Assembly: GCF_009914755.1 (NCBI RefSeq)
Contig: NC_060929.1
Length of the DNA: 64,000 bases
DNA from: the human T2T-CHM13v2.0 reference genome, Homo sapiens
Direction: 5' to 3' (one strand)
Made by a program: the position numbers and the translations under genes. The notes under the pieces are model-generated. The model worked only from the letters and a program-made list of their open reading frames with translations, had not been told where the DNA came from and searched no databases. This document shows, one piece after another, positions 20,875 to 35,723 of the stretch; the stretch's first letter is position 1, and each line of letters starts with the position of its first letter.

Positions 20875-23149
20875 TATAGATGAACATGGGTTCTATCTTC
20901 CTTCACAATAGATTGGAAGAGGAACCTCCCAAATATATTACATTGAACAGGAAATGACCTGTCCATATCGGTAATCACTAGGTAGAAAAGGCTATAATTA
21001 CTAAATACCACTGAAGAAAATCAATCATCAGACAAAACCTAGTTTGGATAATCAACTTTCAGTCTGTATAATGTAATTTTATATAAACAACTTTAGATTT
21101 TAAAACGTCACACCCCATGTTTTACAATATAGACTCTTTCTCTGATTAAATTAAGAAAGGGAATCAATTTGGTTGACTAGCTGCCTGGAAAACTTCCATG
21201 GTTAGATAGCTTTTGTGATCAACTGGGTTATCAAATTTGGGATACTTATATGAATTTGTCAACAGAATTCTACATAGTCCAGCTAACTAGAGGAGCCCAA
21301 AAATATTTTAAAAAATCTGATAGGAATGACTATATAATAATGTAAAGCTTTTAGCTAGAAGAGCTCAAAATTATTTTTAAAAATCTGATAGGCATGACTA
21401 CACAATAAAGTTTCTGCATGGCAAAGTTAAAGACAAATAAATGGAGGAAATTTAGAACATTTATGACAGAGAAAGATTAGTAGCCCTAATGTATTAAGGG
21501 CTCTTAAAATTAATACAGAAATAAGCATCCCAATAATAATGTGGGCAATGTACATAAAAAGACAATTTGGAAAAGAAATACAAAGTGTCAAAAAATATGA
21601 AAAGATTTCAATCTTATTAGTAATCAGTTGAATTCAAATTATAACAATGAGATTTCAATGTAAGACTGACAAAAGATTACTAATACTCTGTGATAGTAGG
21701 AGTAGGGAAATAATGATCACTCTCAAAGATTATTGGCAAGAATGTAAATTGGTATAAACTTTCTCGTGGTCAATTTGACTATTTATCAAAAACCACAAAA
21801 AATAAGCAAACACTTTTGATGCTACATTTCCAATTCCAGGAAAATAAGGAAATAATTAGATAAATATGAACAGCTATATATGAATATTCAGCATAGCATT
21901 GTTTACAAGAAAAATTTTAAAATAATGTATATGTCTGAAATATGGCACTAGTGAAATAAATTCCACAAATATGCAGCCATTAAAAAATACTTATTCTCAT
22001 ATTTACTGAAATAGAAAGATGTTCATTAAGTATTCAAATTTAAAAGATAACCTATAAAATAATATGTAAAAAATTACATTTTTGTTAAAAAATATATACA
22101 GGTCTATTAAAAAATCTGGAAGACTGTTTATTTGGTTTGTTTCTCAGCGGTGGGCTTACAAATGTAATCATTACTTTTTTTCCTTTTTTGAATTTTTGAA
22201 AAATTTCGATGTCTTACTGTTATGACCATAAAACCAATAAAGCTACTTTGAAAAGTTAAAGCCAGGAGTAATTAAACAACTCATACTTGATTGTTAAAGT
22301 CAGTCTCTTAAAAGTGTAATTTTAAAAAGGTAATAAAAAAGGTATAACATTATAAATATATATTAATATGCACATTAAATATATAACACTAATTGGTATT
22401 AATAAAATTACATCCAATCTCATAAATCAAATTTATTGTATAACATAACAATTTGTTCATAGTTATGTAATAATAGACACAAGAAATAACTTATGCAGAT
22501 TCCTTATGTGAAGCGTACTTACTTTGCAGATAACAACTATTTTTTAAATGATAATGGAGTCTACAACAATGCTCATTCTTGATCATTTGCAATAATGAAA
22601 ATTGTTCTCTAAAGCATTAAGATGGATTATTTTCTATAGATTCTTCCAGGATCTGGAAATAATGATTTCCAGGTACTCTCAACCAAGAGATGTGACCAAA
22701 ATACAAAAAATGCAAAACATACCTCCATTACAAAGTCATGAATCCTTTCTATAAACCTCAGGATTTACAGTGTCACAAATTATGAATCATTGTCTCCTTT
22801 AGAAAACAAACATTCAACACCTGAATGGATAAAGAAGTCAACATATTTAAATATTTAATGCATATAACTTTAAAGTTGATAAAATGTCCCTTTCAACTAA
22901 AAATAAATGCCCTTATCCACTTAGCTGGACTGAAACAGGGACACTGAAAACTTGAATTAATGGCCAACCCAGAGCAGCGGCAGCAGCAATATTCCCCTCC
23001 TTCAATAAAGTATGGCCTGTAAGTTAGCCCTAATGAGAAAGAAGGCCATTCAGGTATGAGAAGAACCTAGGCTGGGCACAGACTACACAGACGCCTAACA
23101 CAAAAGCTCTGCTGCCACTCAATCTTTGTTTATATATTATCACAAATTT

Positions 23150-24235
23150 TCTTTTCTTTTTTTAGAGACAAAGTCTTGTTCTGTTGCCCAGGCTGGAGTG
23201 CAGTGGCATGGTGCTAGGTCACTGTAGCCTCTAACTCCTAGGCTCAAGCAATTCTCCTGACTCAGTCTCCTGAGTAGCTGGGACTACAGGCAAGTGCCAC
23301 CAAGCTTGGGCAATTTTTTCTTTTTTCTTTTTTTTTTAAGAGACAGGGTCCCTCTATGTTGTCCAGGCTGGTCTCAAACTCCTGGCCTCAAGTGTTCCTC
23401 CTGTCTCAGCCTCCCAAAGCACTGGGATTACAGGAGTGAGCCACTGAGCCTGACCCAATTACAAATTTATTTTCAACCCTCATTCCAGAAGGAAGACAAA
23501 AATAAAAAGCCAATATCCACTTAACTGCAAATTTCATGATGTCCTTATAAAGCCAGTGCATTATATTTTCTTTCACTCATGAAGCAATTTTTAATAATCA
23601 CAATATATATTTAAATGTTAATAATCTTACTTTTTTTTTTTTTTTTTTTTTTTGAGACGGAGTCTTGCTCTGTCGACCAGGCTGGAGTGCAGTGGCGCGA
23701 TCTCGGCTCACTGCAAGCTCTGCCTCCCGGGTTCATGCCACTCTCCTGCCTCTCAGCCTCCCGAGTAGCTGGGACTACAGGTGCCCGCCACCACGCTCAG
23801 CTAATTTTTTGTATTTTTACTAGAGACGGGGTTTCACCATGTTAGCCAGGATGGTCTCGATCTCCTGACTTCGTGATCCGCCCGCCTCGGCCTCCCAAAG
23901 TGCTAGGATTACAGGCGTGAGCCACTGCGCCCGGCTTACTTTTTTTTTTTTTTTTTTTTGACAAGGTATCTCTGTTGCCCAAGCTGAAGTGTAGTGGCAC
24001 GATCATAGCTCACTGTAACCTTGAACTCATGGGCTCCTGCTTCAGCCTCCTGAGTAGCTAGGACTACAGAAATGCACAACTATACTTGGCTAGATTTTTG
24101 TTTTTAAAGTGTTTTGTAGAGATGGGGTCTCATTGTGTTGCCCGGGCTGGTCTTCAGCTCCTGGCCTCAAGTGATCCTTCCACTTTGGCCTCCCAAAGTG
24201 CTGGGACTACAGGCAGAAACTACCACACCGAACCT
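23150..24235 (-). mobile_element. Cluster of three minus-strand Alus (~23150-23455; AluY ~23630-23935; ~23940-24235)
   Basis: Poly(T) leaders; AluY diagnostics (ctgcaagctc, gttagccaggatggtctcgatc) in the middle copy. Confidence 0.9.
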
Positions 24236-24517
24236 ACTAACTCTACATTTTACATGATGAGTTCAGATTTTAAAAGGATTAGTTTGCTAATAAAGTGTCG
24301 TGAGCAAAGTGAAAAATCAAAAGATTACTTGAAGTATTTACATGATGATCCAAATTTAAAGCGACCTCAACAAGCAAAATTTACTGTTTACAAAAAACTG
24401 TATCACGGTTTACGAATAGGAACACATATATTATATATAATGGGTATAATGCGAATGCATTTTACCAATGGAAAGTACAAAACAGCTTGCTGATGAAAGA
24501 GGAAGGAAAAAGCTCAC

Positions 24518-25035
<518 letters not shown>

Positions 25036-26279
25036 TAGAAGAGAACTATTTCTATTTTTAAGGAAGGTATAATTGCAGTTCCAGAACCCCACATTTCTGG
25101 CATCTATTCTACTCCAACTTTTGGTGCAGATATTTAACATCTGGCTCAGAGTCTGAGTATTAGAAAAAGAGAAATTTACTAAGTGTTCTTCCTGTATTAC
25201 TTATTGTCTCTGAATAATACACCTAAGGGTACCCATTTTTCTTCTTAAACTTTTTATTTCCTTTTCCACTTCCTATTCCTCCCCCTACAAATAAAACGGA
25301 CTCCCGAACCTCCTTTTACATATTCACTTTTGTTGATAAGGTTCCTTAAGAGTAGTGATCTCTTTTAAACTTGTCATGTTTAAAAATCCAGTGTGCTCAA
25401 GGTATTTAATAAATATTCCATTTTACTAATACAAGAGATAATCACATAATAAATCCGCAGCCTATGAACTAAAGATACTGTTTGGGATAGCTTCTCTGAC
25501 ATAACTGACATATTATAAATTCCTCCCTATGACTCGCAGAAGCCATTTTCTGCAATGGCCAAACTTTGTCACACCCCATCCCCCTTATAGCAAATACCAC
25601 TAACTTTGGGGCCTTCAGAGTATACATAACAGTACTTTTCTCCTTCCTGAATTCCACAAACATATAATTAGCTGGTCACTTTAATTATACGCTATCATGT
25701 ATTGTTTGCTAATAATCTCTTAGACATTATTTCTGTCAAAACAAATAAGAGCTGATACATTCTCTAAGTAAGTGTCATCTGTTTTAACTTTCCCTCTTCC
25801 CCACCAACCTTACACATTATATGCAAAAACCCAAGGTCAAAACACGGTCCAAATTCCAGAAACCGCCTTTATTATGCTTTACCAGTAAGTCTTCTTCACT
25901 GAACTGTAGTTGCTGTAAACTTAATATATTTAATTTCTTTAATGGAAAAATATCAAAAGCAGATGCCAAATCTGATGCAACTAACTGACAAAGGAAACAC
26001 AAATCTTGCTTACTTTCACTGAAACTTTTTATAGCCATCAGATGTCTGCACTTAAAATGTTTAGTTCCTATGCCCATTACGAATAAAACAAAATTCTGTA
26101 TTTCAACATGTTTCAAGCCTCAGAAGTTCCCAGACATCCTTTTCTGAGTCTGGTGTGATGCAATAATTTTTCAAATGTCATTTAAAAAAATGGGCCAGGC
26201 TGCAGGGAAAGGACCATGTCACACTCTCAGCATTCAAGCCTCAAAGGCTCCGGGGCACGAAAGGCTCTTACAACCGGTT

Positions 26280-27330
26280 AAGGACGGCAATGGGCTCCTT
26301 CGGCACGACTCCCGGAACCCCACCCTGGGCCAGAAAAAGGCCAGGGGCGCGGAGCGTAGGCGGAGGGCTGGGGTTCTAGGGATCTAGAAAAAGCGCGAAG
26401 CCGGAGGGCGGCGCCAGGGCTCCTCGCAGACCCCAGGGCCGCGGGACGGTGCCGGCTCGTGGGTCACACGCACCCAGGAGGCTCCTGGCTCCCGCGTGGC
26501 GGCTGTTCCAGCACGCCCTCCGACCCGCAACCGGACCCTCCAGACATCAGACTCAGTGGTCCCCCACCTCCGGTCTCCCACCTCAGGACGCAGTTCCGCG
26601 GCGTCCACCCGGCCCCCTCCCCTCAGTCCCACGCAGCGGCTCAGCCATACCCACCCCGGCTTCTCTGAGTTCAATCCAGCAGCAGCTCGAGCAGCGGCTC
26701 CGCCCCTCGGTCGGAGCCATAGAGACGTCGGCTGCCGGCCAGAGTGGCCTCAGACCGCAGCGTCGGCCGAGAGGACGCCGGGATACTGGCCAGCTCCAAG
26801 TCGAAAGGAAGCGACGCATGAGTTGTTTGGTGCGGTGGGTAGATACCTCGAGTTTCTCCTCGCCCACCGTAGGCCCCGACCCCTAAAAAGGAAACTTTTG
26901 GGACGTCAGAGTGAGAGGAGAAAAGTGTCTTTTTAGTTTAGTTTTGTCAAACCTGAGGATTCGTTTTTCAGTTTAGCCGGAGCTGTGCCGCAAACGTAGC
27001 TGCCGACATCCCCACGACGCACCCAAGTGGTGGCCCGGAAGCTGGGGATAGAAAAGTGGCCTCCCCGAATGCCAGGCACACAGGCCTTACTACCAGAAGC
27101 TTGAGCTGGGAGCCTCGGCCGTCGCATCTCTAAGGTGCAGCGATACGGCCAACTTCCTTCCGCGAAGCCCTCAGGGTGGGCAACGGAGCTTTTCACCAGA
27201 CTGAGGGACCGGGCGACCTGGCCGACCGGCGGCTCCTCACCGCCCCCTTGGGGATTTCTTGATAATTCTTTGCCACGATGCGGGCGGATGTTGTGGAGCT
27301 ACTGTTTGTAGATCGCAGTAGCGTGACAGC
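26280..27330. promoter_or_regulatory. CpG island promoter (likely the TMEM267 5' end)
   Basis: About 1 kb of non-repeat GC- and CpG-rich DNA with GC boxes, in an AT-rich background. Confidence 0.9.
26474..26600 (-). other. TMEM267: Probable non-coding first exon of TMEM267 (C5orf28); TSS approximate
   Basis: Minus-strand donor CTGG|GTGCGT at 26474/26473 inside the CpG island. The name rests on recalled gene order downstream of C5orf34; no coding sequence is in the window. Confidence 0.55.
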
Positions 27331-27989
27331 ACTTAATCATGACTACTAAATCCTCAGAAGTCGAAAAAGCAAGTCCATACAGAATAGTTTGACCCTAATT
27401 AAATTGCGCTTACAAGATACAGTTTGTTTACTGGGACTTTGGCTAGGTCCCATCCCGTCTCTGCCTCAGAGTGGTGGTTGCTCTTAGCACCAAGGAAATA
27501 CCAGCTTGACATTTGACTCTAGGAAGCACAGGCCCAAAAGAAGAGGCCCAAGGAGGGACATTCTTCTTTCCCTTTCCTACCTACAGTTTCTCAAACCAAG
27601 TGTCAGATGGAAAGCAAGGGGTGGTATCATCGTAATTATACAGTTGACCATAGAAAATAAATTTCAATCTCAAAGTAAACTCCTAGGCCACCCCCAGAAT
27701 CTTAGAGTTTCTCAATCATAGAACTCATTTCTTGTCACAGTCTTGGTTCTTAGCCAATGTAAAACACCCAACTGACAGGGAAAATTAAACACCTTTTAAC
27801 TCCCACACACCTTAAATGAGAATTTAAAGTATCTTTCAGCAAATGTATTTATAATTTTGAGTGCTTTTAGCCATGTTAAGGACAAATTTTCTCCTTCTGA
27901 ATGCAGTAATAATTTGGCATTACCCTTTTGGCAGTGTGGTACAAAGTCTTATAATCTAGGCTTTATGGAGCTATTGAGGAACAACATAG

Positions 27990-28368
<379 letters not shown>

Positions 28369-29115
28369 TACTGATTCATTTATACAAACAGAGTGCTCTC
28401 AGTGTGCTACAGAATGACTATGGAGCTCAAGTTCTAGTGGAGGGTGTGAGCCACAAGGAAACAAGCTAGACAGATTGTAATAAGTACTATAAAGGAAGTA
28501 AATAGGGTGATGTAATAGACTTGGGAGATGCTAACTTTAGTCAGGTAGTAAGGAAGGCCCTTTTGAGGAAATGGTACTTGTTTGAGAATTGAAATGTGAA
28601 GGAATCCAGTGTCAGAGGAACTAAAAAAAAAAAAAGGCATTGTGCCCCTTTAACTTAGTGACATTATCATTCCTGATCTACACTCTTCTCCCCATTTTTC
28701 TCGTTTTCTCTGTTACTGCTTCCCGTTTATTTGAAGAGCCAGGTCTTTTATAGAAATCAGAAAATTAGAACATTTCTGGTTGTGTTTGGTGTAATCTTGA
28801 CGTCATTATAGATATTTGGTTTTGTTCTTTCTTAATAGACAAGCTTATAATAAATAGCACTTTTGGTGAGCTCATTTCTGTTAAACACTTTGCAGCATAA
28901 ATCTTTTCCTGTGTTCAAAAGAAAGTATCTGGTTCATGAGACAGTTTAGATACAGTCTTTGCCAAAGTGCCTGATTTTTAGTTTACAATGTTGCTTGTCT
29001 CCGTTTTTGTTTTTGAGATGTAGTTCTTGTCTCATAGCTCTACTGAAAAATACTTGGAGTAAAGGGACCAAATAGCAAGTGAACAAATGCACAATTCTGC
29101 ATATTAAAAAAAAAG

Positions 29116-29430
29116 AGGCTGGGTGCAGTGGCTCACACCTGTAATTCCAGCATTTTGGGAAACGGAGGCAGGAGGATAGCTTGAAGCCAGGAGTTCAAGA
29201 CCAGCCTGGGCAAGATAGGGAGATTCCTGTCTCTACAAAAAAAATTTTTAAAAATTAGCCAGGCATGGTGGTACATGTCTGTGGTTCCAGCTACTCAGAA
29301 GGCTGAGGTGGGAAGATCCCTTGAGCCCACAAGTTCAAGGCTGCAGTGAGCTATGATTGCACCACTGCATTGCAGCCTGGGTGACAAAGCAAGACCGTAT
29401 CTCAAACAGTAAAAACAAACAAAATGAAAA
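29116..29430 (+). mobile_element. AluJ-like
   Basis: Alu consensus with degenerate tail. Confidence 0.9.
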
Positions 29431-29555
29431 AACCTGAAGATTAATAGTGAATGCTCCACAAGATAAAAACAGCAACAACTTTATAATGTTACAAATTTTT
29501 TTTCTTGTTAATCTGAAATAAGAATTAAATGTGAAACGTTCAAAACTTCGAAATA

Positions 29556-29561
29556 TTTATT
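29556..29561 (-). terminator. C5orf34: Candidate poly(A) signal AATAAA of C5orf34
   Basis: TTTATT on the plus strand, ~190 nt downstream of the stop codon. Confidence 0.6.
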
Positions 29562-29747
29562 ATTAAGATATAAATACATATTTTAAAAATGTACAAGTTA
29601 AAAATACCTTCAAAGTTAAATGTCAGTTCTTTCACAATCATTGTGCCGGGGTAATACGTACAATATCTTGGCTTACTAGTAATTTTATACCAGTCACTTG
29701 AAACAACATCCTTAAACTTTAATAATATGTTGTAATAATTCCATTTT

Positions 29748-29944
29748 TCACTTTTTAGAGTTTGATAGAAGACAGTCAATATCGTGAAGGATTTCAGAGG
29801 TTTTTTTCAATGCTATTGATACTCTATTTTCATTAACTTCTCCTAGCAAGGTTTCTGAAGATCCTGGTTTATAATGATCAAAAGACTGTTGTTCATTTTT
29901 CTTGTTAGAAATCTGGTTTAGGATACCACTATTTTCTAGTAGCA
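29748..29944 (-). CDS. C5orf34: C5orf34 exon 13 (last coding exon; LLENSGILNQ...SNSKK*)
   Basis: AG acceptor at 29946-29945; the phase-1 join with exon 12 restores the frame; TGA at 29748-29750; total CDS 1917 nt = 638 aa. Confidence 0.93.
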
Positions 29945-30741
29945 CTAAGTTGCTTAGTTAAGGAGGTTTTCCCCACATTTTTCACTATATAAATATCTTT
30001 ATATACAGAAAGCATAGGCTTCATATTAAAATATTTCTCAGCTGGAAGACCTCTTGGATTCATAATACAGTTGGAACTGCAAGGCTTATCAAGTCTGCTC
30101 CTTGTAGATGAAGAAACTAATTACAGTATAAGGGAGGGGGAAAGAGAATAGAGTGTGTATGTGTGTGTTTGGGTGGAGGTTTGGTGGTAAGGAGGAAATG
30201 AAAATTTCAGTAACATTTCTTTAAGTGAAGAAATGACACGGGAATTAAAGAGTAGGATGACAGGATTATAAGGAATCTGTGTAGTGTCTATTTTTAATTT
30301 AAAAAGATTTAGAGTGAAAAACCTGTTCGCTATAGAACTAACTTATTTGAATAAGATTAGAGAAAAACCACAAGAGAAAACAAATTTAGATGAATTGGGT
30401 GAGAATGTACAGAATGAAATATTTCATTTAAAAAAAGAGGTCTTAAACAGTTATAATTTTATTATATAATTATGTAAGTGAAAAAGTCTCCAAAGGAGAC
30501 CTTAACCCTAATTAACTGTTCTTTGCCCAATTTAAACTCAAAGAAAAGTATAAATGTTAACATGCTATACCTTCTATGGACAAGATCCATCTTAAATTAC
30601 AATCTTAGGTATTTGCTGACTCAATAAAGGTTAGCAATATATTAAGTATAGATTAATATTCACAAAGTACTGAAGTCATGAATTAAGCCTAGAATGAAAG
30701 AGAGTAATTATGTAGGACAGTGCATTCTGTTTAAAGGATAC

Positions 30742-30782
30742 AGTTAAACTTCTGTATCTTTTCAAGTTCAGAAGCAACAGAC
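30742..30782 (-). CDS. C5orf34: C5orf34 exon 12 (41 nt; SVASELEKIQKFN)
   Basis: Polypyrimidine tract plus ACAG acceptor; donor GTATCCTTT; phases match both neighbours. Confidence 0.92.
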
Positions 30783-33463
30783 CTGTCCAAGGAAAAAGAA
30801 AAAATTCATTCAGTTGTCTGATTCTTTTGTATTCATGATATTTCAAATAAGCATACCTGACTTTTTTTTTCATTAGAATTTTAAACGGAAGAACGCAGAA
30901 GAATTCTCTTTATGTTACCTTTATTTAGCAACAAATCAACTTGACTCAACTGATACTTACTGAGTGCCTTTAAAGGTAAGTGAATAAAAGTCTACCCCTT
31001 GTAAATCCACTTCAAGGAATTTGTAATCAAATATTGATGTTTGAGGATAATGGGCCTTCCTGTTACTTCTTAGTACTAACCTAGCTTACACTCTACTTTC
31101 CTCCCTAAAGTTTACGCAAACTTTACAAACCTATTAAAATCCCATTCCTTCTGTGAAAGAACTGCTCTCTCCTTCCTTGAATTCCTATAGCATATTAATT
31201 AATCACATACTTATTTGTAATATCTTCTCTTGAACTATTTAACTTCCTGCTCTTCCTACCTAGATTGTTTCTCTCAGAAGAAAGGATTTTTTACTTTTCT
31301 GTACTTGTGCATATATTAAGACCTCATTTATATGGAACTCTTTGGGAATGGATGGTATGGGAGATCCAAGTTTTTAAATAGTTGAATTACGTGTCAAAAC
31401 AACTATTTTTTATTAAATTCTTTCTGGAATAGACTACCTACTTATTTCATTGTTTTTTTAAGCACAGAGGGTTAACATGATGAACATTAGCTCTTATACC
31501 ATGTTCTATAGAAAGATAGTGGGACAACTGGTATGGAGTAGAGGGCTAATATATACGTCTCCAGCAGAACCCCTAAGTGTGTGTTCTTTATCCTTTTTCT
31601 TATCAAGTTAGAATGAAATATGAGCAATGGCATACAACTACAAACTGTAACTTGACTAGCTCTCTGCAAAATTAATGAAGACATTAGTCTAAAATATTCA
31701 AGTCACCAGAAAAATCTTCACAGTTCGTAGTAGGTTGTGTGACTTGTCTGCTTTATTGGCTTTACTACAACAGATCACATGCACCTCCCTGTCAGCTTGT
31801 ACTCTTTCCCTTGTACTCCAGCCTATGGATGGAGAATGAAAAGAAATATTTCATAATTTTAAACACCTGTGGCAAAGAACTTGGATACAACTTACCCCAA
31901 CAACCAGCTGATTGTTCATTATTGCAAAATATCTTTTTTTTTTTAAACCCAACGCATTTTTCTGGATGTAAGAAACAATACAACCTTTATTGTTATTGCT
32001 CTCATAATGAACGAACTTTTTATGAAACGTACTATTTGTTGACTAAAAAGTTGAATTAATAAGCTAATAATGGAGGGTGTGGCGGAAAAAAAATACTAGA
32101 ATACAACTTAGGTAGCTTTTTATTGTACAATCTTGTTTCTTCCTTCAACCTACCCTCTTTGATAAGAAAAACCGAAGTGGAGATACCTAAGGCTTTATAG
32201 GGGGAATGGAGCTACTCCTCAATTTCTTTATCTTGCCTCTGCTGTTCCTAGTTGCTTTCACCTTTAGCTACTATCACCAATCTCTACTTGCAGTTTTTAG
32301 TGTGTATTGACAGCCTCTTCTCAGCTTTCAAATAAAAAGGCTGATGATATTTTACAAACTGCCAGCTAAGCAATGGTGAAGTGATGGTTTTATAGACAAG
32401 TACAATTTTCCTTCCATCACAATTGTTTTTTGCTAGTTACTTTAGCAACTTTTCTGCTTCCAAACAGGCTACAGCTAAAGGATGAGGGATCTGCAAAGCT
32501 GGATCCTTAAGCTACCTGAGATATTCAAATAACGCTTACTGATATGATTTGATTTGTTCTAAGAAAGGGCTTAGGAAAAGGTAACAAAAATTGGCTTAAT
32601 GTTTACATTTTGTTTCACTACACTATGTTAGGTCACCTCACAAAACTTACTTAAAAAGCTTCCCAAATTGTTCCTGGTATCCCTGTCTTCCCATATATTC
32701 AGGTTAGACTCTCAGTGACACTAATCTTCTAATGACCTTTCTTCCTATCATTTTTCCATTTAGGACTTTCTAATTCCATCAGGTCTGAACTCCTATTTAT
32801 TATAAGATCCATTCCTAGCCCTCAAAACTCATACTATATACTAATAGATAGCATATGTTCCATAAAAACTATATTCTATCTCCACAGGCTAAAATATCCT
32901 TTTTACTTCTGCCCTTATTTCCTCCCTAAAATGTCTTATATTTTCACAGAAAGTTCCCTTGAAGCCCAGTTCTAGTACCCTGCACACTGAAAAGCACACA
33001 GGAGGGACTAAAATACTTGCTTTATTTGATCTGCCAGTTAATTTGGGAGAAGTAACTAATATGACAGAAATTATTTAAAAATCAATGTTTTCTGAAAGCT
33101 TATGTTATTAAACCTTTTATTTCCTTCAACATTACTAAAAATTTAAGAATCCCCTTTAAATTTTTCCATAAAGTTTTCAGGATGAATTTGTCACATAAAA
33201 AGAGCCACTCATTTTCATGTTAAGTTTTCAATGCAAGGTTTTCTTACCTTTAGGTAAAATAGAATATGATGAAATGTAATAAATTAGATGTCTGATTAGA
33301 AATTATTTTCAAGCTTAAGCTATCAAAAATACTTTAGGAGTTAAACATATTCAAAACTAAGAAAGTTTTTTTGGGGAAAAAAGTCTCAGTTTACCATTTG
33401 ACATTTTAATTTTTTTTAAAGTATTAGCTCTTCTAAACAGATTTAAGTTTAAAAGAAAAATAC

Positions 33464-33562
33464 CAATTTTCTTGGAGAACAGAAGATGACGAATGAGTGG
33501 GCATCTCTCTGGGACTAGTCTGGGTCAGTCTCCTGCACCATGATGTTACTGTTGTCACATAT
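33464..33562 (-). CDS. C5orf34: C5orf34 exon 11 (99 nt; YVTTVTSWCRRLTQ...QENW)
   Basis: TTTAG acceptor, TG|GTATTT donor, open frame. Confidence 0.9.
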
Positions 33563-34554
33563 CTAAAGTGAATACATTAAAAGAAATACTTGAAAAATGA
33601 ACTTGAATACATTATAAAATTATAAACAAATGTAAAAATAAGACAATTTGGGAAAAAAGGATAAAGAAAAAATGTTAAAGTGAAGCATTTACTGGGCAAT
33701 TCTCAAAATATTTTTCACTGGTCATAGAAAAGCCAAATTTTTTCCATTATTCATCAAGAATAAAATGATTTACTTATATTTGTGATTAATACAAGTGACA
33801 TTTAAGAATCAAAATAAAGGCGATATTTGGATTTCATTTAAAGTTCAATTTTAAATGTTCTAATTCTTTTAGTTTTTCAAAGTAAAATGCGTTTAAGTTT
33901 TATCAAAAAATATTCACACAAAATAAGACTGACTGAGCATTTGCTTACTAAAATTTAAACCAAAAAACACCTGCTAATGCATATACACATATGCTTGTAT
34001 GCATATGTGTAATTATATGTAACTTACTACATATCTAAAACAAGTATCAAGTTTAATAAAATGAATGATCTGAAATGATTGGCTGAATCAATAGAAATGT
34101 TTGCTAAAGAAACTATCTTTTTTGAGGCAAATCATTAATAGCAATGAATGAGCACTTAGACTGAAACACAATAAAACCCAACAGAAAAATACATTCAAGA
34201 GGTAACAAAAAGCTATTATTTTGTGAATATTCTCAAGTGAAATCACTAAAATGTGAAGACTATCACAAGATTTACTGTAATAAATTAGATAAACCAAAAG
34301 AAAAAAAATTCATAAAAAGCTGAAGACTCTTCCCCATTTTAAGATAATCATTGCGTAATTTTATCCACTTTATAGAAATATACAGAATTTCAGTTATTTG
34401 TGGTTGCAAATCTTATTTCAAATTGGCTAGAGGATTAGTTAATTGTTAACACAGCTGACCATATCCAACCTCCACAGCAAATCAGTATGTCTATAACACA
34501 TTTCATTTTGAAAAGTTACTTGAATACAAATGAAATGATTAAAGCTGACCTGAA

Positions 34555-34869
<315 letters not shown>

Positions 34870-35047
34870 CTATTTAGTTATGCTAAACACAAGTACAGCT
34901 ATCAACTCTGAAACGACTGAAATGCCTTCATTATTATCCACATGGAAAAACTAAAAATATATATAACACTTAAATAATGCTTATTGCTTATTCTCCGTTA
35001 GTTAAAAGTAAAACATAAAAATAATTTTTAAAATTGCTTTTCAGTAC

Positions 35048-35142
35048 CTTTCATATGGTTCAGGGTGTTCAATCTGAATTAACTGCTCTTGTCCATCAGG
35101 AAAAGTTAACTTACACCAACCTAAGTTAAGACCTTGATTTAC
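35048..35142 (-). CDS. C5orf34: C5orf34 exon 10 (95 nt; VNQGLNLGWCKLTFPDG...YER)
   Basis: TTCTTCAG acceptor, AG|GTACTG donor, frame consistent. Confidence 0.92.
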
Positions 35143-35552
35143 CTGAAGAAGTAGAAAGATAAGTTTTATCATTTTAGAACTGAAAAAAAGAACATAAACA
35201 ACCTATTCTAACTTCATTAACTTAAAGAAATAAGTAGAGGAATCATTAAAGATGCAACAGTTTAAATGTTGTTTACATGAGATATGGGTGTTATTTAACC
35301 ACCACTCATATAGGTAATTATCAAAGCAAATGAAAATACTAATCCCTTTCTCTATAATCAGTTATCTTTAGAAAAGTGACTATTTGTCAAATCATTCTGA
35401 TTTTTGCTAGGAAATCCAAAGAGATCAGTAAAGCTTCTTGACAGATTTTATACTTCAAAAAATGAACTGAAATAGTGTGGTACTTTGTTTTCTTTGTTCT
35501 GTTTTCCACAGATTACCAATAAAAAATAGATCTAAGTCTGAAGTATACCCAC

Positions 35553-35723
35553 CTGTCTCTTCTCAATAGGAGAGCTGAAATTCCAATTTAGGGTTAGAGT
35601 AATGCCATCTAAAAAGATAGCATGTACTTTGTCATCAGAGTAGGCAAGAAATCTTCCCACACTGGGTATGAGTGACTCTTTCAAAACCAAAGGCAGTATA
35701 TTGCTATCATTTATCCCAGGTAC
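35553..35723 (-). CDS. C5orf34: C5orf34 exon 9 (171 nt; VPGINDSN...IEKRQ)
   Basis: TTTTAG acceptor, CAG|GTGGGT donor, open frame. Confidence 0.92.

Noticed and set aside
26384-27196. Overlapping 69-146 aa ORFs in the CpG island
   Set aside because: Arg/Pro/Ala-rich frames on both strands are expected from GC content; no homology recognised.
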